This document shows positions 17,617 through 27,028 of a stretch of DNA of 64,000 bases, one piece after another. Both the position numbers and the translations under genes were made by a program. The stretch's first letter is position 1. The number at the start of each line of letters is the position of its first letter. Source of the stretch: an uncultured virus (IMG/VR IMGVR_UViG_3300030329_004627) (Duplodnaviria > Heunggongvirae > Uroviricota > Caudoviricetes); the IMG/VR virus record IMGVR_UViG_3300030329_004627; one strand, 5' to 3'. Below the pieces are notes generated by a model. That model had not been told where the DNA came from, did not search any database, and saw only the letters and a list, made by a program, of their open reading frames with translations.

Positions 17617-17877
17617 ATGATTATTGATGAAAATACGATTTGTTATACGTCAGAGCTAGGAAATAACAACTTTTTTTATCCGTCGTCAAATAAAGTTATA
17701 ATTAAAAAAGATTCTGAAGCTTTTCAAATGGCTTGGCTTGGTGGAGCCGGAAAAGTACCTTATAAAATATTAAAATCTTGCTTGATGCCGCTAGATTTAA
17801 CAGAGAACACAAAAAAGAACATGTCTCCTCCAACTAAAAATGATTATACAGTAGTTTGGATCGAGAAGAATGTTTAA
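17617..17877 (+). CDS. Hypothetical protein
   Basis: In-frame ATG just after the HNH stop. Confidence 0.6.
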   Translation: MIIDENTICYTSELGNNNFFYPSSNKVIIKKDSEAFQMAWLGGAGKVPYKILKSCLMPLDLTENTKKNMSPPTKNDYTVVWIEKNV

Positions 17878-17917
17878 AAAATTAATTGACTTTTGTAAAA
17901 TTAACAAGGAGAAACAA

Positions 17918-18118
17918 ATGCCAACTACCACTACAGAAACACGAAGTGTTAAAGCACTTAAAAATGAAATCAGGAATCAAAAGGAGCAGATTACGCGCCT
18001 TTTAAATAGAATAAATACGATGTCTGATGAAATTTATGGTTTAAAAAATGATTTGGGTCGTTTCAAGAAAAATGTAGCTAATGATGTGAAGTATTTGACC
18101 GAAAAGGTTGATGGCTAA
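17918..18118 (+). CDS. Short coiled-coil protein
   Basis: SD AAGGAGA before ATG 17918; heptad pattern. Confidence 0.65.
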   Translation: MPTTTTETRSVKALKNEIRNQKEQITRLLNRINTMSDEIYGLKNDLGRFKKNVANDVKYLTEKVDG

Positions 18119-18305
18119 ATTTTCTAAGTTTTTTTTAATATGGTATAGTCAGCAATTTGCAATTCCTTTTTGGATTATTGGTCATGTACACTTGCATCTT
18201 AATGACTACCATGATATAATAATGCTATCAAGTTCGACTATGATGCATTTTATGGTCGCGCTTGGTTTTTGGTTTGACTGGAAAGAATTTAATAAAGGAG
18301 AATAA
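18111..18305 (+). CDS. Small membrane protein
   Basis: Hydrophobic, with GHVHLH. Confidence 0.6.
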   Translation: MAKFSKFFLIWYSQQFAIPFWIIGHVHLHLNDYHDIIMLSSSTMMHFMVALGFWFDWKEFNKGE

Positions 18306-18306
18306 A

Positions 18307-18780
18307 ATGTCATTTACAGAAAAGTTAAAGAGCTTGAGACTGGCGCCAAATACAATGGCTACGCTAACATATAGCGAAGGAACTGATGTGTTCCTAATGA
18401 ATGAAGATGAAGTAGATACTGCGCTATCTAATACTGATGTAGTTGAGCAGTTTGCAGAACTCATTTCTACGCGTGGCATTCATGCAAGCAGTATGTATGG
18501 AACGAATTATATGGATTCACTTCGTGACGGTGGATATCTAGATGATTATGAGCGCGGAAGTTTTGGTTTTTCTGAGTTTATTGGAGAGGCTATTCGTGAA
18601 AACTTCTATGATCTTGATTTTATTGAGTCTTCGATCACTAAGTATGATTACAAGCGCGGCTTTTGCACACTCACGGCAGAAGTCAAGATTCCCGTTGAAG
18701 ATCTTATTATGGAGTCGCCATTTGTTGGCCACTGGACGGTATCTGTTCCTACCGAAAATGGAACAATTACGCTTAACTAG
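18307..18780 (+). CDS. Hypothetical protein
   Basis: SD AAGGAGA before ATG 18307. Confidence 0.75.
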   Translation: MSFTEKLKSLRLAPNTMATLTYSEGTDVFLMNEDEVDTALSNTDVVEQFAELISTRGIHASSMYGTNYMDSLRDGGYLDDYERGSFGFSEFIGEAIRENFYDLDFIESSITKYDYKRGFCTLTAEVKIPVEDLIMESPFVGHWTVSVPTENGTITLN

Positions 18781-18790
18781 AGGAGAAATT

Positions 18791-19042
18791 ATGAGAGCGA
18801 TTATTGCGTTGGCTGTATTGGTTGGTTGTGCCGAGACAGAAGAAACAACGGACAACACCACAACTGAAACAACCGTAACAGAAACTACTAATACGGAAAC
18901 TACCACTAATGATGGTACTAATACTACCACAACTGATGGTGACAACAACAATACAACTGGGACTACCACTGAAGGCACAACGCCTGCAACCCCCGCAAAG
19001 ACCACTACCCCAAGTGGCGAATCCGCTGTATCGTCGGACTAA
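18791..19042 (+). CDS. Thr-rich small lipoprotein
   Basis: SD GAGGAG; MRAIIALAVLVGC lipobox followed by T/E/N low complexity. Confidence 0.75.
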   Translation: MRAIIALAVLVGCAETEETTDNTTTETTVTETTNTETTTNDGTNTTTTDGDNNNTTGTTTEGTTPATPAKTTTPSGESAVSSD

Positions 19043-19051
19043 TAACGATAG

Positions 19052-19115
19052 GTGGCTGCCGATCCATACGTAGGCAGAGGTTTTACGGTTTTCCTAGTTG
19101 ATCACAAAAAACCGT
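19052..19115 (+). ncRNA. Candidate three-way-junction/pseudoknot RNA
   Basis: GTGG/TCAC, CTGCC/GGCAG, AGG/CCT and ACGGTTTT/AAAACCGT pairings. Confidence 0.5.
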
Positions 19116-19122
19116 TCTTTTT

Positions 19123-19199
19123 GCCGCTTTAGCTCAGTTGGCCAGAGCAGTTGCCTTGTAAGCATCAGGTCCACAGTTCGAATCTGTGAAGCGGCTCCA
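19123..19199 (+). tRNA. tRNA-Thr(UGU)
   Basis: Acceptor GCCGCTT/AAGCGGC, anticodon loop CTTGTAA, T-loop TTCGAAT, encoded CCA; one U-U mismatch in the anticodon stem. Confidence 0.93.
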
Positions 19200-19200
19200 T

Positions 19201-19275
19201 GCGAGTGTAGCTCAGTGGTAGAGCCCCACGTTGCCAACGTGGCTGTCGCTGGTTCGAATCCAGTCACTCGCTCCA
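19201..19275 (+). tRNA. tRNA-Gly(GCC)
   Basis: Acceptor GCGAGTG/CACTCGC, loop TTGCCAA, U73, CCA; 1 nt after tRNA-Thr. Confidence 0.95.
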
Positions 19276-19287
19276 TTTGAGGGTATT

Positions 19288-19851
19288 ATGAATCCAAAAT
19301 TCATCATTTTTACTGGACCAATGTTTGGATCGAAAACCACCCGTTTGTTTGCGGCTTTAGATCGCTACAAGTATCAGAAGCGCAATATTATTGCGTTTAA
19401 GCCCGGTATTGATGATCGCTATTGTGAAACTAGTATTGTTACACATTCTGGCGGCTCAATGCCCGCGCGCGTTGTAAATAGCGGAACTGAGATACATCAA
19501 TACATTACTCATCACGATGAATACGATGTTATAGCGGTAGACGAAGCGTTTATGATACCTGGAGCGTCCTGGGTGCTGATTGACTTGTTTAAAAAAGGTA
19601 AAACGATTGTAGTATCGTCTTTAGATTTATCTGCGACTGGAAAGGCATTTGACGAGATTGAAGCTATGTTTCCGTGGGCAACTCATATTGAAAAATGTCC
19701 TGCTGTATGTACAGTCTGTGGTCAAGATGCATACTACACACATAAAAAAGTAGAAGATATTGCCGAAATAACAGTTGGAGGTGCCGAGCTTTATGAGCCT
19801 CGCTGCTGGAAACATCATAGCTACTTTAATCCACCTGACTACTTAGATTAG
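19288..19851 (+). CDS. tdk: Thymidine kinase
   Basis: GPMFGSKTT, DDRY, IAVDEAF, CTVCG, VGGAELYEPRC. Confidence 0.93.
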   Translation: MNPKFIIFTGPMFGSKTTRLFAALDRYKYQKRNIIAFKPGIDDRYCETSIVTHSGGSMPARVVNSGTEIHQYITHHDEYDVIAVDEAFMIPGASWVLIDLFKKGKTIVVSSLDLSATGKAFDEIEAMFPWATHIEKCPAVCTVCGQDAYYTHKKVEDIAEITVGGAELYEPRCWKHHSYFNPPDYLD

Positions 19852-21186
19852 ATGGCAAAAAAGAACTATCTACTTGACACAAGCGTATATCTGACGGATG
19901 CAGATGCGATATTTCGTTTTGATAATCATGATATCTTTATACCGCTTAAGGTTCTTGAAGAGATCGATAAACACAAAAAAAGACAAGATTCGGTTGGGTC
20001 TAACGCGCGCCGTATTATTCGTACACTAGACGAGCTAAGATCCGCTGGTGATTTACAGAAAGGCATTCGTCTTGGAAAAGGAAAAGGCATTGTTAAAGTT
20101 ATGTCTTATGCTTCATTAGGCGGTTCGATATTTCCTCCAGATTTAGATATTAGGGTACCCGATCACGTTATCTTGGCTACTGCAAAAGCAGTGCAGCAAG
20201 AACAACTAAATCGTAAAATGATAGTTGTTTCGCGTGATATTAATATGCGAGTTATTTGCGATTCTATTGGGTTACCTGCGGAAGACTACATTACAGAAAA
20301 AGCTGCAGAATCATCTGATCAGCTTTATAATGGATTTGTAGAACATCTGGTGGATGATCAAATTATTGATAGATTTTATGATGGCGAAGATATTCTTATT
20401 GAAGAAGATGAAGTAGACTATTCTTGGTATCCAAATCAGTTTTTAATGATGGTATCGAATGCTAATGAAAAGAAGACTGCATTAGCGCGCTTTACGAATC
20501 ACCACACTCCATTAAAAAAAATAATACATGACAAGCTGCCTGATTGGAAAATAAACTCAAGAAACAAGGAGCAAGCGTTTGCTATGGATTTATTAATGGA
20601 TCCAAATATTAAAATTGTTTCTTTGATCGGGCGCGCCGGAAGTGGCAAAACATTAATGGCCATCGCGGCTGGGTTACAGCAAACTATCGGCATGAGAACC
20701 GACAACAACCACTATTCTCGCCTGATAGTATCAAGACCAGTTCAGCCTCTTGGAAAAGACATTGGTTTTCTTCCTGGTACAATGGAAGAAAAAATGTTGC
20801 CTTGGCTAATGCCTATTCAAGATAACCTTAAATTTCTTATGGGCGATCGCACTTCTCTTGAATTGTATATGGAAAAAGGCAAGATTGAAATTGAGGCTCT
20901 TACATATATTCGCGGTCGTTCTATAGCTAATGCGTTTGTTGTGATAGATGAAGCTCAAAATTTAACAAAACATGAAATCAAAACTATTATTACTCGTATA
21001 GGTGAAGGTACAAAAATTATTTTGACTGGAGATATTGAGCAGATTGATAATATTTATGTTAATGAAACATCAAATGGTTTAGCTCACGCAATTGAAAGTT
21101 TTAAACAATACCCAATCGCCGGTCATGTTACTTTTAAAAAAGGCGAGCGTAGCGAGTTGGCAACTTTAGCCTCAAAAGTTTTATAA
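19852..21186 (+). CDS. phoH: PIN-PhoH (PhoH2-like) protein
   Basis: N-terminal PIN LLDTSV; GRAGSGKT, IGFLPG, YIRGRS, IDEAQN, LTGDIEQID. Confidence 0.93.
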   Translation: MAKKNYLLDTSVYLTDADAIFRFDNHDIFIPLKVLEEIDKHKKRQDSVGSNARRIIRTLDELRSAGDLQKGIRLGKGKGIVKVMSYASLGGSIFPPDLDIRVPDHVILATAKAVQQEQLNRKMIVVSRDINMRVICDSIGLPAEDYITEKAAESSDQLYNGFVEHLVDDQIIDRFYDGEDILIEEDEVDYSWYPNQFLMMVSNANEKKTALARFTNHHTPLKKIIHDKLPDWKINSRNKEQAFAMDLLMDPNIKIVSLIGRAGSGKTLMAIAAGLQQTIGMRTDNNHYSRLIVSRPVQPLGKDIGFLPGTMEEKMLPWLMPIQDNLKFLMGDRTSLELYMEKGKIEIEALTYIRGRSIANAFVVIDEAQNLTKHEIKTIITRIGEGTKIILTGDIEQIDNIYVNETSNGLAHAIESFKQYPIAGHVTFKKGERSELATLASKVL

Positions 21187-21212
21187 AGAATCTGCAAAGA
21201 TTAGGAGAATAT

Positions 21213-21506
21213 ATGTCAGAAGAAAAGATTATAACTGAAAAAGATGTGCACACCAATCATATGCTAGCTATGCCAGTCATAGCAAATTCTGATTTAAAAT
21301 CATATCTGGTAAAATATGTTGGTGAAAAACTAGACTCAGAAGAAGTAACTGTTAATATGGTTGCAGAAGTTTTAGCAACTGATTTTCCAGAGTTTACTTA
21401 TGCTTTTGCAGAAGAAAACTTTATGAGAGGATATCAAACAGGATTAAATGATGCTGAAAACTTACTTAGAACAAAAATATCGACAACAGATGGAACGTCA
21501 GAGTGA
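21213..21506 (+). CDS. Hypothetical protein
   Basis: SD AGGAGA; AEENFMRGYQTGL. Confidence 0.75.
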   Translation: MSEEKIITEKDVHTNHMLAMPVIANSDLKSYLVKYVGEKLDSEEVTVNMVAEVLATDFPEFTYAFAEENFMRGYQTGLNDAENLLRTKISTTDGTSE

Positions 21507-22149
21507 TTTTTATACCCCTAGCGGGATTCATGTTTTTTTCAAAGACTCAGTTGAAAACAAAAACATTGACATAGAAGAGGTAATAGCTAAGATTGAGAGC
21601 CAGCTTCCTTCTCATATACTTTCAGAAATTGAAATGATTATTTTTGGATGGTTTGATGAGTTTGAAGAAAGATCAATAAATGCTTTTTACGATTCTGGCG
21701 CAATATATGTATCAAATGTTCAAGATGATTCATTAGATTTGTATGATGATCTTGTTCACGAAATATCTCATTCGCTTGAGCAACCGCACGGATATTTTTT
21801 ATATGGCGATAAAAAAATTGAAGAAGAGTTTTTAAGAAAAAGAAAATATGTGCACGATATTCTATGGAATATAGGTTACAAAATTCCACTGTCTGTGTTT
21901 ATGGATCCAGAATATAATGAAGAGCTTGATCTGTTTTTGTACGAGAAAGTAGGATACGGAAAACTATCAACGATTGTAGCTGGAATTTTTATCACACCTT
22001 ATGCGGTTACTTCACTAAGAGAATATTATGCAACAGGATTTACTGAGTTTTACTTACACCCAAATGAACATGGGTTCTTGAAAAAAATAAGTCCCGAGCT
22101 GTACAAAAAACTAGTTTTGCTACAAAATCCAGAAGAACTTGACAAATAA
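21448..22149 (+). CDS. HEXXH zincin-like protein
   Basis: NAFY...LVHEISHS...REYYATGF. Confidence 0.65.
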   Translation: MMLKTYLEQKYRQQMERQSDFYTPSGIHVFFKDSVENKNIDIEEVIAKIESQLPSHILSEIEMIIFGWFDEFEERSINAFYDSGAIYVSNVQDDSLDLYDDLVHEISHSLEQPHGYFLYGDKKIEEEFLRKRKYVHDILWNIGYKIPLSVFMDPEYNEELDLFLYEKVGYGKLSTIVAGIFITPYAVTSLREYYATGFTEFYLHPNEHGFLKKISPELYKKLVLLQNPEELDK

Positions 22150-22167
22150 TAAAAAAGTGGTTATACT
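22139..22167 (+). promoter_or_regulatory. Sigma70-like promoter
   Basis: TTGACA-N17-TATACT, preceded by GTGGT. Confidence 0.7.
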
Positions 22168-22189
22168 ATAGTATAAATCTGGAGGGATT

Positions 22190-22954
22190 TTGCCACATAT
22201 ATCATATTCGGAACTTAAAGATTGGGTAACTTGCGCGTTTTATCATAAACTTACGCGTGTCGATAAACTAAAAGGATTTAAAGGAAATGAGTTCACCGCA
22301 TTTGGAACGGCCATTCATGCTGTATGCGAAAAAAAACTATTAAAGGAAGAAATTGACGATGAAAGATTTTTTGTTCGTAGCTTCAATGATTGTATTGCTG
22401 ACCTCGGAGACGATGTGCCTGTGGATAGCGGATTGGTTGATCAAATGGTGGGACAAGGGAAAGCTTTACTTCCAGAGATCGAAGAGGCCGTCGCAGACTA
22501 CTTCGGAGAATACAGCGTCGAAGCAGTAGAACTTCCGCTTTATGAGCCCATTGATGGTCAAGATGATTATAAGTTCAAAGGATTTATTGACGCGATTGTA
22601 TCAACACCAGACGGCAAAGTTCACATTTTTGATTGGAAAACTTGTTCTTGGGGTTGGGACTCTCGCCGGCGTAGCGAGAAGATGACAACTTATCAGCTTA
22701 CGCTTTATAAGCATTTCTTCGCACAAAAAATGGAGATTGATCCTAAAAATGTAGAGACGCATTTTGCTTTGCTGAAGAGAACAGCAAAGAAAAACAGAGT
22801 TGAACTATTTAGAGTGACGAGCGGTCCGAGAAAAACTGAAAACGCTCTTAAATTATTGCATAAAGCATTATACAATATCAAAAATAAGCGGTACATTAAA
22901 AATAGGCTTTCGTGTGAGCGATGTACATTTAGGCACACAAAAGAATGTCCATGA
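22190..22954 (+). CDS. PD-(D/E)XK nuclease (RecB/Cas4-like exonuclease)
   Basis: HISYSEL..C, FGTAIH, KGFID, IFDWKT, QLTLY, CERC...CP; TTG start with GGAGG. Confidence 0.88.
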   Translation: MPHISYSELKDWVTCAFYHKLTRVDKLKGFKGNEFTAFGTAIHAVCEKKLLKEEIDDERFFVRSFNDCIADLGDDVPVDSGLVDQMVGQGKALLPEIEEAVADYFGEYSVEAVELPLYEPIDGQDDYKFKGFIDAIVSTPDGKVHIFDWKTCSWGWDSRRRSEKMTTYQLTLYKHFFAQKMEIDPKNVETHFALLKRTAKKNRVELFRVTSGPRKTENALKLLHKALYNIKNKRYIKNRLSCERCTFRHTKECP

Positions 22955-22961
22955 GGAATAA

Positions 22962-24242
22962 ATGAAAAAGAAAACAATTTTGGTCTTATCGGACCATCCA
23001 TTATCGCCATCAGGCGTTGGCACACAGACAAAGTATTTTATTGAAGCTTTGTTAAAAACTGGAAGATATAGGTTTGTATGCTTAGGTGGTGCTATTAAGC
23101 ATCATGATTATCAACCGCAGACAGTTGACCCATACGGTAAAGATTGGTTAATTTTTCCTATTGACGGATACGGTAATCATGAAATGGTTCGCTCCGTCAT
23201 GCAAAAAGAAAAACCAGATGTTCTATGGTTTATGACTGATCCTAGGTTCTACGGCTGGCTTTGGGAAATAGAAAACGAAGTTAGAGCAAATGTTCCTATG
23301 GTATATTATCATGTTTGGGATAACTTCCCGGCCCCAGATTATAATGGCAAGTTTTATCGTTCTACGGATGAGGTTGTGTGTATATCAAAAGTCACTCATG
23401 AGATTGTTAAAAAAGTAGCTCCTAATGTTTCTTCTGTTTACCACCCTCATGCTGTTAATAACGAAATATTTAAGAAATATAAGAATAATGAATTAGATTC
23501 TGTAAATCAAATGCTAAAAATGATCAAGGAAGAAAGATCAGAGTTTAAGAATCCCAATAAGAAGCTTTTTTTCTGGAACAATAGAAACGCTAGAAGAAAA
23601 CAAAGTGGAACATTAATTTGGTGGTTTAAAGAATTTTTAGATAAGGTCGGCCACGATAAAGCATGTCTAATGATGCATACTGATGCAAGAGATCCGCATG
23701 GCCAAGACTTGCCTTATATTATTGATCATCTTGGAGTTAGTCGAGGCCAAGTATTTTTGTCAACCAACAAAGTTGATCCTCCTGCGTTAGCAACAATGTA
23801 CAATGCTGCAGATTTTACGATTAACATCTCTGACGCTGAGGGGTTTGGATTAGCTACGCTTGAGTCATTGTCTTGCGGAACCCCTATTATTGTTAATATG
23901 ACAGGAGGCCTTCAAGAACAAGTCACGAATGGTAAAGAATGGTTCGGGTGGGGAATCCAGCCATGTTCAAAATCAGTAATTGGCTCATTGTCCGTTCCAT
24001 ATATTTATGAAGATAGAATCAGCAAAAAAGATTTTATTGATGTTCTTACAAAAGCGATTAACATTAGCGATTCTCGATATAAGAAGATGTCCCAGCAAGG
24101 CATAGCCCATGTAAAAGAAAACTACAGCTTCGACAAGTATGAAAAAGGATGGGTTGATTTGATTGATTCAATCATAGAAAAACACGGCTCTTGGGGCACA
24201 AGAAACAACTACAAAAGATGGCATTTAATGGAAGTAGCATGA
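22962..24242 (+). CDS. GT4-like glycosyltransferase
   Basis: NNRNARRK, EGFGLATLESLSCGTPII. Confidence 0.9.
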   Translation: MKKKTILVLSDHPLSPSGVGTQTKYFIEALLKTGRYRFVCLGGAIKHHDYQPQTVDPYGKDWLIFPIDGYGNHEMVRSVMQKEKPDVLWFMTDPRFYGWLWEIENEVRANVPMVYYHVWDNFPAPDYNGKFYRSTDEVVCISKVTHEIVKKVAPNVSSVYHPHAVNNEIFKKYKNNELDSVNQMLKMIKEERSEFKNPNKKLFFWNNRNARRKQSGTLIWWFKEFLDKVGHDKACLMMHTDARDPHGQDLPYIIDHLGVSRGQVFLSTNKVDPPALATMYNAADFTINISDAEGFGLATLESLSCGTPIIVNMTGGLQEQVTNGKEWFGWGIQPCSKSVIGSLSVPYIYEDRISKKDFIDVLTKAINISDSRYKKMSQQGIAHVKENYSFDKYEKGWVDLIDSIIEKHGSWGTRNNYKRWHLMEVA

Positions 24243-25489
24243 AAAAGAAAATTTTACTAAAAGGACCTTTACTTACACGATCTGGCTATGGAGAACAAGC
24301 TCGTTTTGCATTAAGATCTCTGCGCACAAGGCAAGATATTTTTGATATTTTTATTCAACCAATCCAATGGGGACAAACTTCTTGGCTTAATGAGTCAACT
24401 GAGGAAAGACAATGGATTGATCAACAGATTGAAAGAACAATCGGATATATTCATCAAGGTGGGAAATTCGATATCTCTTTACAAGTTACAATACCAAATG
24501 AGTTCGAAAATCTAGCAGAGTACAATGTAGGATATACCGCCGGTATTGAAACAACAAAAGTAGCGCCACAATGGATTCAAAAGTCAAATGAAATGGACAA
24601 AATAATTGTTGTTTCAAAGCACTCAAAAGATACTTTTATGTCTAGCACATTTGGTGGCGTACACCCTCAAACTAATGAAAAGCTAACGCTCTCGCTACAA
24701 ACTGATATTGAGTATGTCAATTATCCTGTAAAAGTATTTGAAAAACTCACCGAGCTTCCTCTTGAGATTCCTACTGAAATTAATTTTTTGTCGATCGCGC
24801 AACTTGGCCCTCGTAAAAATTTATTTAACACAATCAAATGGTTTCTTGAAGAATTTTCAAATGATAATATAGGACTTGTAGTTAAAACGAATAAGGCAAA
24901 AAATTGTCTAATGGATCGAGAAATCGTTCAACATGAGCTACATCAACTTTGCCAATCGGTTCCTGATACTAAAGCAAAAGTTTATTTAATTCATGGAGAT
25001 ATGACTGATGAAGAGATTCACTCTCTCTATCAGCACCCTAAAGTTTCGGCATTTTTAGCACTTCCGCACGGTGAAGGGTTTGGTTTGCCTATTTTTGAAG
25101 CAGCATATAGTGGGTTGCCGGTTGTATCAGTTGGCTGGTCCGGTCAGATGGATTTTTTATGTGATGAAGATAGAAAAGAAAATTTTTACAACGTTGGATT
25201 CGATATCGGACCCGTTCAAGAACAAGTTATCTGGGAAGGGGTCATTATCAAGGAATCTATGTGGGCTTACGCACGCGAACAATCATCTAAAGAAAAGATG
25301 AGAGAGTGCTATAATGATATTATTAATAATGCTGGGTATGCCTCTAAAGCTATAGAATACGCCGAAAATCTTAAGGAAAGATTTTCTGAACAAAATATGT
25401 ACGAAAAGTTTGTTAATAATGTATATCCAATGGAAAAAATAGAAAAAGCTCAAAAAGACGTTGAAGACCTGCTAAGTGATTTACTATGA
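24239..25489 (+). CDS. GT4-like glycosyltransferase
   Basis: RSGYG, PRKN, HGEGFGLPIFEAAYSGLPV. Confidence 0.9.
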   Translation: MKKKILLKGPLLTRSGYGEQARFALRSLRTRQDIFDIFIQPIQWGQTSWLNESTEERQWIDQQIERTIGYIHQGGKFDISLQVTIPNEFENLAEYNVGYTAGIETTKVAPQWIQKSNEMDKIIVVSKHSKDTFMSSTFGGVHPQTNEKLTLSLQTDIEYVNYPVKVFEKLTELPLEIPTEINFLSIAQLGPRKNLFNTIKWFLEEFSNDNIGLVVKTNKAKNCLMDREIVQHELHQLCQSVPDTKAKVYLIHGDMTDEEIHSLYQHPKVSAFLALPHGEGFGLPIFEAAYSGLPVVSVGWSGQMDFLCDEDRKENFYNVGFDIGPVQEQVIWEGVIIKESMWAYAREQSSKEKMRECYNDIINNAGYASKAIEYAENLKERFSEQNMYEKFVNNVYPMEKIEKAQKDVEDLLSDLL

Positions 25490-26343
25490 AACATTTTGTT
25501 TTTATCTCTGACATGTTTGCTGACACGTATCGTGGAGGCGCAGAGCTGACTACAGATGCTATTATGCGCGGCGCCCATATAGACAGCAATATTGCAATAG
25601 GTAAGATTCCTAGCCATGCGGTTACGGTACAACAAATAGAAAAAGGAAAAGATGTACATTGGATAGTGTGTAATTTTTCAGCTCTTAATAGTGATGTTAA
25701 GATTAAGATGTGCAAAGAATCAGTTTATTCTATTATTGAATATGATTATAAATTTTGCAGCTTTAGATCTGTTGAAAAACATAAAGCGATTACAAAAAGT
25801 GAATGTGACTGCTTAAACGATTTTGAAGGTAAGCTTAATATGGCTTTTTATGGATATGCTCAAAAAATTTGGTTTATGAGCGAAGGTCAAAAAAATATTT
25901 TTATTAAATACATGCCGCATTTGAAAAATAATAATCTAGAAGTTTTAAGTTCTATATTTTATCCTGGCGATTTAAGATTTATGAGTTCTATAAAAGATAA
26001 CGAAAAAGAAAATCCTTATATTATTTTAAAATCAAGCTCATGGATCAAAGGAACTCAATCGTGTATTGAATACGCTAAAGAAAACAACCTAGATTATGAA
26101 CTTGTTGAAAATTTATCTTATCACGAATTGTTAATTAAAATGTCTACTGCTAAAGGTTTGATTTTTAGACCTCTTGGCAATGATACTTGCCCACGTATTG
26201 TGATCGAAGCGAAGCTGCTTGGCTGCGATTTAAAAATAAATGATTTCGTGCAACATAAAGACGAAGAATGGTTTTCATCTCAACAATCTTGTTATGATTA
26301 TCTTTTTAATAGAGTAGATAAGTTTTGGAAACATTATGAATAA
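25486..26343 (+). CDS. Glycosyltransferase-like protein (GT-B)
   Basis: GGAELT; DTCPRIVIEAKLLGC. Confidence 0.7.
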   Translation: MKHFVFISDMFADTYRGGAELTTDAIMRGAHIDSNIAIGKIPSHAVTVQQIEKGKDVHWIVCNFSALNSDVKIKMCKESVYSIIEYDYKFCSFRSVEKHKAITKSECDCLNDFEGKLNMAFYGYAQKIWFMSEGQKNIFIKYMPHLKNNNLEVLSSIFYPGDLRFMSSIKDNEKENPYIILKSSSWIKGTQSCIEYAKENNLDYELVENLSYHELLIKMSTAKGLIFRPLGNDTCPRIVIEAKLLGCDLKINDFVQHKDEEWFSSQQSCYDYLFNRVDKFWKHYE

Positions 26344-27028
26344 AAAAACATTAATATTAATGGGAAATGGTCCGTCTCTAAAAGATGTTGACTTTGATAG
26401 ATTAAAAGAGTACGATACTTTTGGTTTGAATTCGGCATATCGTGCTTACGAAAGAATGAATTGGTATCCAACGTATCATGGTTGTTTTGATTATAGAGTG
26501 ACCGAATGTCACAAAGAAAATTTCATCAATCTAATCGAAAACAGCCCTATTAAAAAATGCTTTTATATTGTTCCTATTAGTGAGGCAGAAGGAATACAGT
26601 ACGTAAATATGAAGCCATATGGCACTACTAATAAATGGAACAGTAATGAGAATGATTATGCGGATTTTCACGACAATGGTAATTCGGGAGCTAATGCTTG
26701 CTCAGCTGCTGTTTGCATGGGATATAAAAAAATCATTCTTTTAGGAGTTGATTGTAACTATGTTGAATTTATCGATGGCAGCAAAAAAGATGGCCCTGGG
26801 TTGATTATCGATAAGACACCAGACAAGAATCCCAACTACTGGTTCGACGATTACCAACAAGCCGGCGACAAATATAATATTCCAAGAGGAGCAGACTTTC
26901 ACTTACCTACATGGAATACCTTTGCTTATCGAGCCGCTCATGCAGATATTGAAATAATAAATTGCAGCCCGATTACCACACTTCGTTGCTTCAAAAGAAT
27001 GACACTTAAGGAAGCTTTAAATGATTGA
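26336..27028 (+). CDS. DUF115/Cst-type ulosonic-acid transferase-like protein
   Basis: ILMGNGPSL, FGLN, MGYKKIILLGVD, IINCS. Confidence 0.7.
   Translation: MNKKTLILMGNGPSLKDVDFDRLKEYDTFGLNSAYRAYERMNWYPTYHGCFDYRVTECHKENFINLIENSPIKKCFYIVPISEAEGIQYVNMKPYGTTNKWNSNENDYADFHDNGNSGANACSAAVCMGYKKIILLGVDCNYVEFIDGSKKDGPGLIIDKTPDKNPNYWFDDYQQAGDKYNIPRGADFHLPTWNTFAYRAAHADIEIINCSPITTLRCFKRMTLKEALND

Noticed and set aside
18538..19005. 155-aa Val-rich minus-strand ORF
   Set aside because: It is the antisense shadow of the Thr-rich lipoprotein codons (ACN read as GTN in a shifted antisense frame); the + strand gene has an SD and a lipobox.
19076..19115. preQ1-I riboswitch (AGAGG...CCT...AAAAAAC resemblance)
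   Set aside because: P1 is only 3 bp, the GUUC loop and ligand-pairing C context are missing, and it precedes tRNAs rather than que genes. Kept only as an unknown structured RNA.
19094..19280. 60-aa ORFs on both strands and an upstream extension of tdk from 19231
   Set aside because: They overlap two well-formed tRNA genes; tdk starts at 19288.
22190..22954. Cas4-like nuclease as evidence of CRISPR-Cas
   Set aside because: No other cas genes or array are present; stand-alone PD-(D/E)XK exonucleases are common in phages.
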